A DNA stretch of 64,000 nucleotides from an uncultured virus (IMG/VR IMGVR_UViG_3300028844_004234) (taxonomy: Duplodnaviria > Heunggongvirae > Uroviricota > Caudoviricetes), in the IMG/VR virus record IMGVR_UViG_3300028844_004234, one strand, 5' to 3'. Below are positions 28,892 through 38,070 of this stretch, piece after piece (the stretch's first letter is position 1; every line of letters starts with the position of its first letter). Made by a program: the position numbers and the translations under genes. Below the pieces are notes generated by a model. It made no database searches. It was not told where the DNA came from and saw nothing but the letters and a program-made list of their open reading frames with translations.

Positions 28892-29341
28892 GTGATAACG
28901 AAAAAAGAAGCAATGGAGATGTTCGACAATCTTGTTGAGGTCTTCGAAAACACAAGTGACAAGACTTTACCTCTCGTGGAGCTATCCAATATCACTCTTG
29001 CAGAGGCTCTCAAGAATCAAGTCGTTCTTGAGTTGACATGGAATGAAATTGTCGGGAGGGTCAAGACTCTGAAGAGTCAAATTGATGTTGTTATTGAAGA
29101 GGCATATTCAGATGCGATAACAAGAGAACTCAAAGATTCATATAGGTCAACTTCAATCTCCGAGGCACGAGAGTTTGCAAAGACGGATAAGGTGTACCGC
29201 GATTTCAAGGGGTTGTCTGTAGAGGTGAATGATCTGTATGACGAATCAAAAGGAATACTTGACACAATTCACAGCAGACGTTATGTTCTTAACAACATGA
29301 CGAACAGTATAGTTGCATCTGTTGATAAGAATATTTTATAA
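28892..29341 (+). CDS. uvsY: Recombination mediator, UvsY-like
   Basis: Helical; YRSTSISEAREFAKTD..Y pattern; next to uvsW. Confidence 0.6.
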   Translation: MITKKEAMEMFDNLVEVFENTSDKTLPLVELSNITLAEALKNQVVLELTWNEIVGRVKTLKSQIDVVIEEAYSDAITRELKDSYRSTSISEAREFAKTDKVYRDFKGLSVEVNDLYDESKGILDTIHSRRYVLNNMTNSIVASVDKNIL

Positions 29342-29356
29342 TTTGAGGTAAAATGT

Positions 29357-29692
29357 ATGTGTGACGAAAGGAAACATCTGACTTATGAAGAGCGCATGAT
29401 GATCGAAAGGGTCAAGTCTGACATTCTCTCAAAAATTGCGAAACATCAAGAGGTGGTTGATTCTTCGTCTTTTATGATTGTTGAACATTACCAAAACATC
29501 AAAGATGACAAAGAACGGGTCATGGATTGGTTGAACCGTCTTGTGTTGGAAAGTAACAGACGAGAAACCGGAGATATGAATCTTGAAAACGATCTGAAGT
29601 GTCTTTCATCGCTAATCGCCATCGAGGAGCTGCGAGAGCAATACGATAATATTGAAAAAACAAACAACATCAGAGGATATACAGTCGGATGA
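29357..29692 (+). CDS. Hypothetical protein
   Basis: RBS GAGG; ATGA overlap with next gene. Confidence 0.65.
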   Translation: MCDERKHLTYEERMMIERVKSDILSKIAKHQEVVDSSSFMIVEHYQNIKDDKERVMDWLNRLVLESNRRETGDMNLENDLKCLSSLIAIEELREQYDNIEKTNNIRGYTVG

Positions 29693-32070
29693 TATGTATA
29701 ACTATCTTGGATGAGGTTAACTGTGTCATTGATGGTTTAGAACCACAGGAACTCAGGAAACTTCAGGACAGTATAAAATTCAAGGAAAAGGGTGCACATA
29801 TGACAGCGGCCTTCCGTCTCGGTGAGTGGGATGGGTTTGTTTCTATGGTTGCTGATGATGGGGTGTTTGCTCTGTACCACATTGATCATGTTATCGATTT
29901 TGTTGTAGATCGTCTTGGTTATGGTGAGGATGAGATAGAACTCGTAGATGAGAGACCTGAATGTGTTGTCCCAGATGGGGTGACCGCCATTGATGAAAAC
30001 TTCTTATTGAAGTACACGGGTAATGTCCTGAGGGACTATCAGGTCGATGGGATCAACGATGCCATATACAACAAGAAAGGTATCTTGCATCTTGCGACAA
30101 ACTCCGGTAAGACTCAGATCACGCTTGGTATTTCCAAGTTACTGGACCCCTACATAAAGACAATTACGATAGTACCTTCTGCTCAGCTTGCGAAGCAGAC
30201 ATACGAAGACTATCAGTTATGTGAAGACATAAAAAGCTGTCTACTGACATCAAAGGACTCTCAGTCCAAGAGGATCGAGAAGATAAGAGAACATAGACAT
30301 TTCGTCATAACGGAGAAGCTCTTCCTCAATCTTATTGAGGAGTTTGAGAAAGATGTTTATGCCATCATGAAAGACGAATGCTTCCATCCGTCGCACATGT
30401 TGATGGGTGAGAATGGGTGGAAACCGGTTGCGGATTTTGTTGAAGGGGAGAAGGTTCTTGCATACAACCCAGAAACGGGTAAATCGGCATTCGAACCGGT
30501 TCTAAGGACGGTCAAGAAGCCTTTCAGTGGAAACCTGAAGCATCTTAAAGGTCCGAATGGTCGATACGATTTACTGGTAACACCAAACCATGAACAGCCA
30601 TATTGGACATCTGATACAGGGAAGCTTAAACGCTGTACGTTTGGTGAGATGAAGAAGGGGTATGTAATCCCGACATCAACAGAGATCGAGGGTGATGAAC
30701 CGCTTTCAGATCTCGATAGACTGAAGATCGCATTTGAAGCTGACGGTCACCTTCTAAGAACTGATCAGGATGGTGTGAACACATATCGTTTCATGTTCAG
30801 AAAGGAGAGGAAGATTGAGAGACTTGAGAGCATACTCAACAACCTCGGTAAGGAGTACAAGAAGAGTGTGAACATCCGTGGTGACACGTCGATCACGTTC
30901 AAAGAAGTTGAAACGTACCAAAAGTCGATCAAGTGGTTCGACCCATTCAAAAGTGGGAAGGCGAACGCGATGTTCATTGAAGAGCTGGTGTATTGGGATG
31001 GGTGGTATTGTGAGAATGCAAAGACCCCTTCACTGTTTTGGGAAAAGCAGATCGATAAGAGCGAGACGGAGCATGCATATCTAATAGCCAAACTTGGTGG
31101 GTATCGCCCTAAGATGACAGAACATATCAACGGAGGAGGACATCCAGTATATCGGATATCCAGCATCAAGAAGGCTCGCACAAAGCTGACAAACAGTGTT
31201 CCAATTGATGTACCATACACCGGCTATGTTCATTGTGTGACTGTGCCTAGTGGGAATCTAGTAACCATGAGGGAAGGGACAATATCCATAACAGGTAACT
31301 GTCACATTTTTGGTGAGGTTCTTGAGGATGCTATTCGGTACAGAACCCCACATTATCCGGTACGAATTGGATTAACCGGAACAATCCCAACAGACCCATA
31401 CAAGGCTGAAAGGATAAAGTGTGTTCTTGGTGGTGGTGTCTTGAGACATGTCCCACCAGCAGAGCTTATTGAACGAGGTCTTGCCGCAAAACCAACGATA
31501 AAGGTTGTGACCGTTACTCATACCGAAATTGAATCTCTGTTTAAGGCAATGAAGGATGAAAAACAGTTCGAATGGAGTATTGAGCAGGCTTATATGATGA
31601 AAAACGTTGAGAGGGCTGAGGCAATCGCGGCGTACATCAAAAAGGTTGTTGACGACGACCCAAAAAATACATTGGTTCTGTGTCATGCAGCGTTTGGTAA
31701 GGTTCTCTCTGGTGTTATGGGTCTTCCTATCATCACAGACGATGTATCGGTAGATGAACGTGGGGAGATGTTTGCGAAGTTCAGAGAGAGTGATGATCAC
31801 ATCCAGCTTGCATCGTTCGGAACAAGTTCAACTGGTATTTCCGAAAACCGGATCTTCCGTCTCGTATTGATTGATGTTGGTAAGGATGAGACGACGATCA
31901 TACAGTCGATTGGTAGGGGTATTCGTCTCGATGGGGTTCATAACAAGGTTGATGTTATCGATATCTCCTCAAACACGTTCTATTCAACGAAACATCGCAA
32001 AGAGCGTCTGAAGGTTTACAAAAGAGAGAAGTACGAGTACCATGAAGACAATAATTTTATTTGTGTATAG
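29689..32070 (+). CDS. uvsW: SF2 helicase, UvsW-like, with intein
   Basis: LRDYQ, ATNSGKT, DE|CH split by intein, GLTGT, QSIGRGIR. Confidence 0.9.
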   Translation: MICITILDEVNCVIDGLEPQELRKLQDSIKFKEKGAHMTAAFRLGEWDGFVSMVADDGVFALYHIDHVIDFVVDRLGYGEDEIELVDERPECVVPDGVTAIDENFLLKYTGNVLRDYQVDGINDAIYNKKGILHLATNSGKTQITLGISKLLDPYIKTITIVPSAQLAKQTYEDYQLCEDIKSCLLTSKDSQSKRIEKIREHRHFVITEKLFLNLIEEFEKDVYAIMKDECFHPSHMLMGENGWKPVADFVEGEKVLAYNPETGKSAFEPVLRTVKKPFSGNLKHLKGPNGRYDLLVTPNHEQPYWTSDTGKLKRCTFGEMKKGYVIPTSTEIEGDEPLSDLDRLKIAFEADGHLLRTDQDGVNTYRFMFRKERKIERLESILNNLGKEYKKSVNIRGDTSITFKEVETYQKSIKWFDPFKSGKANAMFIEELVYWDGWYCENAKTPSLFWEKQIDKSETEHAYLIAKLGGYRPKMTEHINGGGHPVYRISSIKKARTKLTNSVPIDVPYTGYVHCVTVPSGNLVTMREGTISITGNCHIFGEVLEDAIRYRTPHYPVRIGLTGTIPTDPYKAERIKCVLGGGVLRHVPPAELIERGLAAKPTIKVVTVTHTEIESLFKAMKDEKQFEWSIEQAYMMKNVERAEAIAAYIKKVVDDDPKNTLVLCHAAFGKVLSGVMGLPIITDDVSVDERGEMFAKFRESDDHIQLASFGTSSTGISENRIFRLVLIDVGKDETTIIQSIGRGIRLDGVHNKVDVIDISSNTFYSTKHRKERLKVYKREKYEYHEDNNFICV
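30379..31299 (+). mobile_element. Intein (307 aa) with LAGLIDADG endonuclease
   Basis: Starts CFHP; block B VTPNH; IAFEADGH and LVYWDGW; ends VHCVTVPSGN...ITGN followed by Cys. Confidence 0.92.
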
Positions 32071-32079
32071 GGTGATGAT

Positions 32080-32547
32080 TTGAGATATTTAGGAAATGAT
32101 GAGACGTTCAGTGCATCGTCACAGGACGTTATAGGTGAAAGAATATTCGAATACAGTATAAAGCATGACGACTATATGTTCACATTCCATGTCGGGTGGG
32201 ATATTGTCATGGCAGAATATGTTTTCGATATCGGTGGTTATCGATACGCACTACCATCTGGTATCTATGTGTTTAGTGGATGTGTGTCTGGGGCATATGA
32301 TTGGATTCGTGTTGACGAGATAATTGATAGGGATATTGATATTTTTCAAGCACCAATCGATCTCAACAGTTGGACAATTGAGAAACAAAAACTTGTTGAC
32401 ACAACGACAGAAAAAATCTACATGCCTCAGACAAAAAATCCATTACCGGTTGTTGACAGTACGGGGAAAAGGTGTATTTTCATTTCATATACTGACGTGT
32501 ATAGTCGTATGAAGGATAGGGATTTTTCATCAATGTTTGTTCTTTGA
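32080..32547 (+). CDS. Hypothetical protein
   Basis: ORF fills the operon gap. Confidence 0.65.
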   Translation: MRYLGNDETFSASSQDVIGERIFEYSIKHDDYMFTFHVGWDIVMAEYVFDIGGYRYALPSGIYVFSGCVSGAYDWIRVDEIIDRDIDIFQAPIDLNSWTIEKQKLVDTTTEKIYMPQTKNPLPVVDSTGKRCIFISYTDVYSRMKDRDFSSMFVL

Positions 32548-32557
32548 AAACAGGTGA

Positions 32558-33088
32558 GTGGTGATGTACAGAGACTCTGTGAGAAATCGATACTTGGCAA
32601 GGGATGGCACGTCTCTTGTCACAGAATTTCAATATGCTCGCATGATAGCCAATGATGATGGTGACATTAACAAGTATCATGTGTTGTCATCTGATGAGAC
32701 CGATTTCTATGAAAACACGTTCAACGAGATCATATCAGTTGATGATGTTTTAGATGAACCTGAAACCACATCGCATCTTCATACCGGTGAGGATCTGGAT
32801 TTGCTCATAGAACGGTTAACCACGTCAGATAGGTTTGATAGTGCCAACATTGATAGACTTGAGGAGGAACTTGAGTTCTTTGTAAGGACAGAGAACGTCT
32901 TGTTTCTTAATAGGCTCTATGATATCATACAAAAATTCAGAGAGGATGGAGTTGTGTGGGGTGTTGGGCGTGGTTCGAGTTGCAGTAGCTATGTGCTGTA
33001 CCTATTGTTCGTGAACGACGTGGACCCTGTGAAATACGATATACCGTTCCATGAAATGTCAAAAGAATATAAAACAAAATGGGAGTAA
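32558..33088 (+). CDS. DnaE-like (family C polymerase) N-side palm fragment
   Basis: RLEEEL, WGVGRGSSCSSYVLYLL....VDPVKYDIPF. Confidence 0.85.
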   Translation: MVMYRDSVRNRYLARDGTSLVTEFQYARMIANDDGDINKYHVLSSDETDFYENTFNEIISVDDVLDEPETTSHLHTGEDLDLLIERLTTSDRFDSANIDRLEEELEFFVRTENVLFLNRLYDIIQKFREDGVVWGVGRGSSCSSYVLYLLFVNDVDPVKYDIPFHEMSKEYKTKWE

Positions 33089-33094
33089 AAAAAA

Positions 33095-33397
33095 ATGAGC
33101 GAACTTGATATCCGAAGCATCCGACCACTGAATGATGATGTTGTTCTGGTGCGGGTGCCGAAGAACGAGATCGAAGGTAGTGGTGGTTTGATTTTTGCTG
33201 ATATGCAAGAAGAGAACGATATCCAATATTTTGAGGTAATCTCAAAAACCGATACGGTATCGACGGTTGAGGTTGGTGACATTGTTGTTGTCTCGTGGAA
33301 GCGTATCACCGAACCACAGACCGGTGTGCTTGATGGTAAAACACGGCAGTTTGGTATCACTTCTCAGAGTGAGCTGTTAGCAGTGATTGAGCGATAG
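33095..33397 (+). CDS. groES: GroES-like co-chaperonin
   Basis: IRPLND.VLV, GSGGLI, VEVGDIV, ELLAVI. Confidence 0.85.
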   Translation: MSELDIRSIRPLNDDVVLVRVPKNEIEGSGGLIFADMQEENDIQYFEVISKTDTVSTVEVGDIVVVSWKRITEPQTGVLDGKTRQFGITSQSELLAVIER

Positions 33398-33405
33398 GGA
33401 GTTGT

Positions 33406-33678
33406 ATGATGAAAATCTGTATGGTGCGGGGTGAAAACTTTAAAGGTGCTCTTGCCGTTGGAGAAAAGGAGGAAGACGGGTTTCGGCTCGTCACTGGAAA
33501 AGGAATCACCATCAAGGGAGGTCTTCTAAAAGTCGTATCAACAATGAACATGATGGGTGAACAAATTTTAGACGGACATGAGACCATTGTAACGGGATGT
33601 GGTCTTGTTGTTTCAGACTGTGGATCTTTCGTCACAGTTGTCGAAAAAGAAACCCTTTCTGCTTTTGAAAAAATCTAA
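33406..33678 (+). CDS. Hypothetical protein
   Basis: RBS GGGAG; in operon. Confidence 0.6.
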   Translation: MMKICMVRGENFKGALAVGEKEEDGFRLVTGKGITIKGGLLKVVSTMNMMGEQILDGHETIVTGCGLVVSDCGSFVTVVEKETLSAFEKI

Positions 33679-33681
33679 CTG

Positions 33682-34806
33682 GTGAGTGTGATGGGTAATA
33701 ATAATAAGTTGAATGTTGTTTCTATCAAAGAAGCGTCCGATATAATTACAAATCTTATATCTTCGTCTTTTCTCAGATCATCAGTACCACCGAACATAAT
33801 GCTTCACGGTTCTGTTGGTGTTGGTAAATCGACTATCATCAACAAGCTACCTGTTGGTATTTCTGAGATGACCGGTATACCGGAGTCCGACATAGTTGTG
33901 ATAGATGTTCGTCTCAATGGTATGTGTGATGGTGCTGAGTTGACGGGAATCCCCCATGTCGTTGATGGTGAGATGCGGTTTTCAACACCGGAGTGGTTCC
34001 CTGAAGATGATGGTAAATTTTACATTCTATTCTTTGATGAGATCACAACCGCAAATCAGTCGGTGTTGGCTGCTGCTCTTCGTGTCCTATTGGATAGAAG
34101 TATTCAAAATGGTAAGAAATTACCAGACACATGTGCCATTGTTGCTGCTGGTAACAGGAAAGAAGACAAGACTGGGTGTGTGCCACTGAAACCTGCGGCA
34201 AGCAACCGTTTTGCACTACATCTTGAGATCGGTAAGATTGCTGAAGCGACTCTCTCCTACATGGTCAATAAACGGTTCGATAGAGATCTCATAGGTTTCC
34301 TTGAGTGGAAGAAAGATCTGATCAATAAGCCGACAACGGAAGAGGCGGGGTTCCCAACACCCAGATCTTGGGAATTTGTCAATGAACATATTCTGTCGTC
34401 TGATTACATCACACACAATGAACATTTGTTACCGTCATGCGTTGCTGCTGCTGTGGGAACAGAAGCTGCCATCCAGTTTATGGCATATCGTGAGGTTTCA
34501 GAACGATTACCTGATTGGGGAGCTATCCGAGCAGGCAGTGTCGTATATACGTTTGATCGGAACGGGAATAATGACTCAATTCTTTATGCAATCGGGGTTG
34601 CAATTTGTTTTGAATTTATTGATACTCTTAAAAATGGTCTTTCGGATGAAACCGCCAGACTTGTTGGTGTGTTGAAACAGCTCCCACGGGAGTGTAAGAT
34701 CGTATGTTTCAGAACAATGAAACGGGACACGGTAGCGGCCTCGAAGATGTTCTCAAGTTTAGAACTCCTAGAGGAGTTTAAGAAAGTTGCAGCATATGTT
34801 AGATGA
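33682..34806 (+). CDS. MoxR-like AAA+ ATPase
   Basis: GSVGVGKS, FFDEI, AAGN, NRF, PTPRSW. Confidence 0.85.
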   Translation: MSVMGNNNKLNVVSIKEASDIITNLISSSFLRSSVPPNIMLHGSVGVGKSTIINKLPVGISEMTGIPESDIVVIDVRLNGMCDGAELTGIPHVVDGEMRFSTPEWFPEDDGKFYILFFDEITTANQSVLAAALRVLLDRSIQNGKKLPDTCAIVAAGNRKEDKTGCVPLKPAASNRFALHLEIGKIAEATLSYMVNKRFDRDLIGFLEWKKDLINKPTTEEAGFPTPRSWEFVNEHILSSDYITHNEHLLPSCVAAAVGTEAAIQFMAYREVSERLPDWGAIRAGSVVYTFDRNGNNDSILYAIGVAICFEFIDTLKNGLSDETARLVGVLKQLPRECKIVCFRTMKRDTVAASKMFSSLELLEEFKKVAAYVR

Positions 34807-34816
34807 GGGGTAGGAA

Positions 34817-36091
34817 ATGGACGTTTTTCAGACTCTTATGGATGGTAGAGTGGAAATAACTGAAAAGCTCTCAGAAGAGCTTTCAGAAGCCAGAACAAAC
34901 GTCATTCTTGGGTCATCACTCATTTCATATGCCTTGTTCACATGTGAGATATATTTTACGTCATGTGATGAAAACCCAACTGCGTGTGCTCTTGTAAGAG
35001 GTAGTGGTAATTACATATTCATTGATACGACCCTGTGGGGATCGATTAAACTGAAACACAGGGCGGGAATATTGTATCATGAGACACTTCACATATTCTT
35101 GGAACATGGATATCGTGGTCGTGATAATATGTATGATCCTCAGAAATGGAACAAAGCGACTGACTACAATATCAACCCGACATGTAAAGGTTTGTATAAG
35201 GATGCTTTTGGTGTGGTCAAAGACCCTAGAGCCTCAAAGTATTTTGATATGCCTGAATGGGTTCTCTATGAAGAACAATATGTTGGAATGTCTTCTGATG
35301 AGATTTATGAGTTGCTTGATGATGATGATGATGATGATGATGAAACTGAGGCATTCGATGTTGTTGACATGCAGGGTGATGGTTTCGGGTCAGATGAACG
35401 CATAGATGCTCAGGTCCAAAAGAATAGACAGACTATGATGGCATCTATAAAGATGGCTGAGGATATGGGTGGTATCGGTAAACATGAACTCGGTATAGTG
35501 AGACAAATTCATGAACTGACAAAGCCTGTTGTCGGGTTTCGTGATTACCTTGAGACGTTTATAAGAAGCTCCGTTCCGACAAGAACTACATACAGGAGAA
35601 TCAGTCGTAAAAGTTCCGATGTTATATTCCCGTCTCTTGAGGGAAACCACATAAATCTTCTTGTTGGTATTGACACTTCGGGTTCAATGAGGGACAGTGA
35701 CATTGTTGAGTGTATGTCTGAGATCGTTGGGCTGGCAGAAGACCTAGACAGTTGGACAGTCCATGTTGTGAGTTGTGATTCAAAACCATACTATGTTGCT
35801 GAATTGTCATCTGATACCTTTGAAACCTGTGAAATAAAAGACTTGCAATTGCGAGGTGGGGGTGGTACACTTTTGGGACCAATGTTGAACTCTGTTGAAG
35901 GGGTAGAATATGAAAGTATAGATGCAGCCATCATCATGACAGATGGACATTTAATTGATAATGATGTTGAATCTTGTTATGATGGAAGTTTCCCTGTTAT
36001 CGTCATGGTCACGGAAAACGGTAACAATGACCTTGTTATGAAAAACAATGAAATTCGTGTAATCAAAGTTGACAAAAGAGAGAGAAAATAA
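34817..36091 (+). CDS. Metallopeptidase-vWA protein (DUF2201-like)
   Basis: HETLH, WN.A.D..IN, MIDAS DTSGSM, GGGGT, TDG. Confidence 0.85.
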   Translation: MDVFQTLMDGRVEITEKLSEELSEARTNVILGSSLISYALFTCEIYFTSCDENPTACALVRGSGNYIFIDTTLWGSIKLKHRAGILYHETLHIFLEHGYRGRDNMYDPQKWNKATDYNINPTCKGLYKDAFGVVKDPRASKYFDMPEWVLYEEQYVGMSSDEIYELLDDDDDDDDETEAFDVVDMQGDGFGSDERIDAQVQKNRQTMMASIKMAEDMGGIGKHELGIVRQIHELTKPVVGFRDYLETFIRSSVPTRTTYRRISRKSSDVIFPSLEGNHINLLVGIDTSGSMRDSDIVECMSEIVGLAEDLDSWTVHVVSCDSKPYYVAELSSDTFETCEIKDLQLRGGGGTLLGPMLNSVEGVEYESIDAAIIMTDGHLIDNDVESCYDGSFPVIVMVTENGNNDLVMKNNEIRVIKVDKRERK

Positions 36092-36095
36092 CATT

Positions 36096-37049
36096 ATGAG
36101 TATTCTGAAAGTAGCTGTTAAAGGTGATCGAGGACTTGGTGAATATGATGAATATGATGATGAAAAATCGGGTGGTGAAATTCTGATTCAGCAACCGAAG
36201 TTCATCGAGATTCTTGAAACACCATCTCGGATTGAGGTTCATCTTCGCGGTGTCTTCTGTCCGCCGATGTATGTGTCAAAAGAGATCGCATATCTCTATC
36301 AGATGAGCAAGAAGCATGATACTGTTATTGTGTATATTAACAGTATCGGTGGTGATGCAAGCCTGTTGTCTGAACTTGTTAGTGTTTTTCGTACATATAA
36401 ATCTATCATTACTGTTGCGTCTGGTAATCTCGCATCAGCAGGATTTATGATGTTCGGTATTGGTGATGTTCGTGTTGTTCAGGATCATACATGGATGATG
36501 GCTCATCGTGAGTCATATGCGGCACCACCAAACAAAACCGAAAACCACCTCGACCTTGCGAATTACAATAAAGAACTGTATGGTAATTTGCTCGCAGATA
36601 CATGTGGTGATATTCTGACAGAAGAAGAGATCGAGCGTGCGACACGAACAGAGGTTTATATCACCGCCAACCAACTCATTGAACGCAAAGCTGCAATTTC
36701 ATGGTCAGACTTCATGCAGGCGGAACAAAGAGAGATCGAACCTCGTAACATCGTTTCGGTTGATGGTGTCCCATTCCTGTTCAATGAAGAGGAACACACA
36801 TTGACGATGATTCAAAATATTGAGCTTGGTGAGACTTTCCCTGTTCATGATGTCATCTATCATATGGAATTCGTCAGTGAAGAAGAAGCTGAAAAAATGA
36901 TGCAAGAATGTGTTGACATAGAAGAAACAACCGAGTATACTACACAGACTGAAGAATCAAGAGAAGGTTGTGTTGGTTGTGGAAACTGTAGCTGCAAAAC
37001 CGAAAAAGAGACAGATGGAGGTTCGGAGGTACTTTCAGATCCTTCCTGA
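36096..37049 (+). CDS. ClpP-like protease
   Basis: YINSIGG, ASAG (Ser), MAH (His). Confidence 0.75.
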   Translation: MSILKVAVKGDRGLGEYDEYDDEKSGGEILIQQPKFIEILETPSRIEVHLRGVFCPPMYVSKEIAYLYQMSKKHDTVIVYINSIGGDASLLSELVSVFRTYKSIITVASGNLASAGFMMFGIGDVRVVQDHTWMMAHRESYAAPPNKTENHLDLANYNKELYGNLLADTCGDILTEEEIERATRTEVYITANQLIERKAAISWSDFMQAEQREIEPRNIVSVDGVPFLFNEEEHTLTMIQNIELGETFPVHDVIYHMEFVSEEEAEKMMQECVDIEETTEYTTQTEESREGCVGCGNCSCKTEKETDGGSEVLSDPS

Positions 37050-37428
37050 AAACCTAGATGAAGATTCTGTTGGTCTTGAGGTGATGGTTGGTCTTGCTGA
37101 GGCAGGATCAGCCACAAAGAAAGGTGTTATACACAAGTTTGATGAAAATAAGATCTGGATAAAATTTGGTGAAGGAAAACCCAAACCTTTTAAATATGAT
37201 CCAGACGATATTCTTCTTTGTGTATATCAGTTTGAAAAGGGTATAGAGTACAGAAGCAAACTGCCGGAAGAGGTTGAATATGAAAAACAGTTAGCAGAAG
37301 AACGAAGAAAAGAGTTGCTTGAGAAAAAAGAATCTGTTAAAATTGAACAAGCTCCTGTTAAGAAACCAAGAAAGACACGTTCTGACAAGGGCAAACCGCG
37401 AAAAAGAAAACCCAAAACAACATCATAA
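37015..37428 (+). CDS. Hypothetical protein with basic C-terminal tail
   Basis: KKPRKTRSDKGKPRKRK; likely ATG 37015. Confidence 0.6.
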   Translation: MEVRRYFQILPENLDEDSVGLEVMVGLAEAGSATKKGVIHKFDENKIWIKFGEGKPKPFKYDPDDILLCVYQFEKGIEYRSKLPEEVEYEKQLAEERRKELLEKKESVKIEQAPVKKPRKTRSDKGKPRKRKPKTTS

Positions 37429-37441
37429 GTGAGAAATTGTA

Positions 37442-37708
37442 ATGGCAAATCTGAACCCGAAAGACTTCAAAGCGAAAAAGTCCGGTACATACTACAAGTC
37501 ACCTCTGGAAGGAAAGTTCAAAAAGGCGATGTACATGCTGCGCGGCAAGCATAGTATCATCGAGACTGGGGATCAAATCGATCTTGCATATGCGATCAAT
37601 AAGGTGAAACAATATGGTTTCAACTTCTTCCCAAACATGTACATCTATGATGAGATTCAACTGATTTGGGATATGGCTGTGAAATACAATGATGGTAAAG
37701 TTAGTTAA
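37442..37708 (+). CDS. Hypothetical protein
   Basis: In operon. Confidence 0.6.
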   Translation: MANLNPKDFKAKKSGTYYKSPLEGKFKKAMYMLRGKHSIIETGDQIDLAYAINKVKQYGFNFFPNMYIYDEIQLIWDMAVKYNDGKVS

Positions 37709-37722
37709 GGGGGTATATAGAG

Positions 37723-37998
37723 ATGGTAGAACAACTGACACAATCAGAACTGGTTAAACTGGATGGTATGGTTCGTGAGGCGGTAGACTCAAAGTATCGC
37801 CAACAGGCAGAAGTGGATTTCCGTAAAGAAGTTGCCGAAAATGCTAAAGAGACATTCGGGATGGCTTCTTCTTTCTTCAATGATCTTGTCAACGAGCGTT
37901 ATAATGAGAAGCTGACGGAGATCATCAACAAGAAACAAGAAATCATTGATCTGAATGATGAGATCATGGAAGCTGTTAGAAAGAACAAGAATCCTTGA
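37723..37998 (+). CDS. dsDNA-binding protein, T4 DsbA-like
   Basis: REAVDSK...KE....AKE.FGM....FN.LV..Y pattern, 91 aa. Confidence 0.6.
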   Translation: MVEQLTQSELVKLDGMVREAVDSKYRQQAEVDFRKEVAENAKETFGMASSFFNDLVNERYNEKLTEIINKKQEIIDLNDEIMEAVRKNKNP

Positions 37999-38048
37999 CA
38001 ACCGCTTGAAATGAATCATATAATATACCCTCTAAGTGAGGGTATATT
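37995..38048 (+). promoter_or_regulatory. sigma70 promoter plus 11 bp hairpin upstream of DNA polymerase
   Basis: TTGACA-18-TATAAT; AATATACCCTC-taagt-GAGGGTATATT. Confidence 0.7.
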
Positions 38049-38070
38049 TGTTTATAGAGGACACGGGAAT

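Noticed and set aside
32558..33088. Trans-splicing split intein joining the DnaE halves
   Set aside because: No intein N-terminal block follows the first fragment, and no HN/C junction occurs in the second
35318..35341. (GAT)8 microsatellite as a phase-variation switch
   Set aside because: It is an in-frame poly-Asp linker; length changes would not shift the frame
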